Assembly: GCA_004431415.1 (NCBI GenBank) | Contig: QPMI01000390.1 | Span: 1 to 21,217, forward strand | Direction of reading: 5' to 3' | DNA length: 21,217 bases | Source of the DNA: Cyanophora paradoxa CCMP329 | Taxonomy: Eukaryota > Plantae > Glaucophyta | Part shown: positions 18,054 to 21,217 of the stretch, piece by piece | Layout: each line of letters begins with the position of its first letter | Numbering within the stretch: the first letter of the stretch is position 1 | Program-made: the position numbers and the translations under genes | The notes under the pieces: generated by a model | Database searches by the model: none | Told to the model about the DNA's origin: nothing | What the model saw: the letters and a program-made list of their open reading frames with translations, nothing else

Positions 18054-18264
18054 GGGCTCACCCCGTTAACCCGGTTCCATGACGGTACCCCCAGTGGGGA
18101 TCGGACCGGTCGTCGACGAGGGAACGGACCGGACCCTAGCGCCATCGACAACAGCGAGATCCTTCTCAATGGCCTTCAAGCTCGATATCAAGTCCGATAG
18201 CGAGCCTTCACGTAGCACTAGGGCGAGCCTGTCTCAATAGCGAAATTGGACTTGGGAATGCAAT

Positions 18265-21217
18265 GCCCAGGTTTCGCTCTGCAACAAAATAGAAGAAAGA
18301 TGCACCCCAAATCTCTCTGGGGGAATATGCACAAGGCGCTAGCCTTAGGCAAATGACCCACCTACCAGCAAGTCACTCAGTCCAACTCCCCAGGTTTCCG
18401 ATCTGCCACAAAATAGAAGAAAGATGCACTTCAAATCTCTCTGGGGGAATATGCACAAGGCGCTAGCGTTACGCAGATGACCCACCCACCAGCAAGTCAC
18501 TCAGTTGAAGGCCCCAGGTTTCTGATCCGCCACAAAATAGAAGAAAGATGCACCCCAAATCTCTCTGGGGGAATATGCACAAGGCGCTAGCCTTAGGCAG
18601 ATGACCCACCCACCAGCAAGTCACTCAGTCGAAGGCCCCAGGTTTCCAATCTGCCACAAAATAGAAGAAAGATGCACTTCAAATCTCTCTGGGGGAATAT
18701 GCACAAGGCTCTAGCCTTAGGCAAATGACCCACCCACCAGCAAGTCACTCAGTCAGAGGCCCCAGGTTTCCGATCTGCCACAAAATAGAAGAAAGATGCA
18801 CCCCAAATCTCTTTGGGTGAATATGCACAAGGCGCTAGCCTTAGGCAGATGACCCACCCACCAGCAAGTCACTCAGTCGAAGGACCCAGATTCAGGATCT
18901 GTGACAAAATCAAAGAGAGATGCACCCCAAATCTCTCTGGGGGAATATGCACAAGTTGCTAGCCTTAGGCAGATGACCCACCTAAAAGCAAGTCACTCAG
19001 TCAAAAGCCCCAGGTCTTCAATCTGCCAGAAAAAAGAAGAAAGATGCACCCCAAATCTCTCTGGGGGAATATGCACAAGGCGCTAGCCTTAGGCAGATGA
19101 CCCACCCACCAGCAAGTCACTCAGTCGAAGGACCCAGATTCAGGATCTGTGACAAAATCAAAGAGAGATGCACCCCAAATCTCTCTGGGGGAATATGCAC
19201 AAGTTGCTAGCCTTAGGCAGATGACCCACCTAAAAGCAAGTCACTCAGTCAAAAGCCCCAGGTCTTCAATCTGCCAGAAAAAAGAAGAAAGATGCACCCC
19301 AAATCTCTTTGGGGGAATATGCACAAGGCGCTAGCCTTAGGCGAATGACCCACCCACCAGCAAGTCACTCACTCCAACGCCCCAGGTTTCCGATCTGCCA
19401 CAAAATAGAAGAAAGATGCACCCCAAATCTCTCTGGGGGAATATGCACAAGTAGCCTTAGGCAGATGACCCACCTAAAGGCAAGTCACTCAGTCGAAGGC
19501 CCCAGGTTTCCGATCTGCCACAAAATAGAAGAAGGATGCACCCCAAATCTCTTTGGGGGAATATGCACAAGGGGCTAGCCTTAGGCAGATGACCCACCCA
19601 CCAGCAAGTCACTCAGTTGAAGGCCCCAGGTTTCCGATCTGCCACAAAATAGAAGAAAGATGCACCCCAAATCTCTTTGGGTGAATATGCACAAGGCGCT
19701 AGCCTTAGGCGAATGACCCACCCACCAGCAAGTCACTCAGTCGAAGGCCCCAGGTTTCTGATCCACTACAAAATAGAAGAAAGATGCACCCCAAATCTCT
19801 CTGGGGGAATACACACAAGGCGCTAGCCTTAAGCAAATGACCCACCCACCAGCAAGTCACTCAGTCAGAGGCCCCAGGTTTCCGATCTGCCACAAAATAG
19901 AAGAAAGATGCACCCCAAATCTCTCTGGGGGAATATGCACAAGCTCTAGCCTTCGGCAGATGACCCACCCACCAGCAAGTCACTCAGTCGAAGGACCCAG
20001 ATTGAGGATCTGTGACAAAATTAAAGAGAGATGCACCCCAAATCTCTCTGGGGGAAAATGCACAAGGCTCTAGCCTTAGGCAGATGACCCACCTAAAAGC
20101 AAGTCACTCAGTCAAAAGCCCCAGGTCTTCAATCTGCCAGAAAAAAGAAGAAAGATGCACCCAAAATCTCTCTGGGGGAATATGCACAAGGCGCTAGCCT
20201 TAGGCAGATGACCCACCCACCAGCAAGTCACTCAGTCGAAGGCCCCAGGTTTCCAATCTGCCACAAAATAGAAGAAAGATGCACCCCAAATCTCTCTGGG
20301 GGAATATGCACAAGGCTCTAGCCTTAGGCAAATGACCCACCCACCAGCAAGTCACTCAGTCAGAGGCCCCAGGTTTCCGATCTGCCACAAAATAGAAGAA
20401 AGATGCACCCCAAATCTCTTTGGGTGAATATGCACAAGGCGCTAGCCTTAGGCAGATGACCCACCCACCAGCAAGTCACTCAGTCGAAGGACCCAGATTC
20501 AGGATCTGTGACAAAATCAAAGAGAGATGCACCCCAAATCTCTCTGGGGGAATATGCACAAGTTGCTAGCCTTAGGCAGATGACCCACCTAAAAGCAAGT
20601 CACTCAGTCAAAAGCCCCAGGTCTTCAATCTGCCAGAAAAAAGAAGAAAGATGCACCCCAAATCTCTCTGGGGGAATATGCACAAGGCGCTAGCCTTAGG
20701 CAGATGACCCACCCACCAGCAAGTCACTCAGTCGAAGGACCCAGATTCAGGATCTGTGACAAAATCAAAGAGAGATGCACCCCAAATCTCTCTGGGGGAA
20801 TATGCACAAGTTGCTAGCCTTAGGCAGATGACCCACCTAAAAGCAAGTCACTCAGTCAAAAGCCCCAGGTCTTCAATCTGCCAGAAAAAAGAAGAAAGAT
20901 GCACCCCAAATCTCTTTGGGGGAATATGCACAAGGCGCTAGCCTTAGGCGAATGACCCACCCACCAGCAAGTCACTCACTCCAACGCCCCAGGTTTCCGA
21001 TCTGCCACAAAATAGAAGAAAGATGCACCCCAAATCTCTCTGGGGGAATATGCACAAGGTGCTAGCCTTAGGCGAATGACCCACCCACCAGCAAGTCACT
21101 CAGTTGAAGGCCCCAGGTTTCTGATCCGCCACAAAATAGAAGAAAGATGCACTTCAAATTTTTCTGGGGGAATATGCACAAGGCGCTAGCCTTAGGCAGA
21201 TGACCCACCCACCAGCA
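18265..21217 (+). repeat. 124-bp satellite array, right arm (~24 monomers) with a ~1607-bp 13-mer higher-order repeat
   Basis: Same monomer and orientation as the left arm. Diagnostic monomers recur at offset 1607 (18901 to 20508, 19149 to 20756). Confidence 0.97.

Noticed and set aside
18090-18145. HDV-like ribozyme at the LINE 5' end (TCCCTCG loop on the minus strand)
   Set aside because: The P1/P1.1/P2 pseudoknot could not be built; only simple hairpins and the palindrome TCGTCGACGA are present.

Overview
Eukaryotic, probably centromeric or heterochromatic DNA. About half of the window is a 124-bp tandem satellite: roughly 65 monomers at 1-8065 and roughly 24 at ~18265-21217, with distinct subfamilies and higher-order repeats. 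The array is interrupted by a ~10.2-kb mostly GC-rich insertion. From left to right the insertion holds: (i) a 671-bp full-length imperfect palindrome (foldback) at 8066-8736; (ii) ~1.2 kb of unexplained sequence that becomes CTAG-rich; (iii) a minus-strand non-LTR retrotransposon. The retrotransposon's ORF2 is unusually long (~2150-2300 codons), is broken by a frameshift at ~14436-14500, and encodes an APE endonuclease, RT (YADD), an unexplained BAH-like plus Cys/His-rich region, RNase H and two C-terminal zinc-finger motifs. A 14-bp direct repeat (9590-9603 and 18040-18053) may be the LINE's target-site duplication, which would make it nested inside an older foldback-bearing element. No ORF1, poly(A) tail or satellite TSD is visible. 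The short ORFs over the satellite and the antisense ORFs over the LINE are shadows. All calls come from reading motifs by eye; no searches were run and the host organism cannot be identified.
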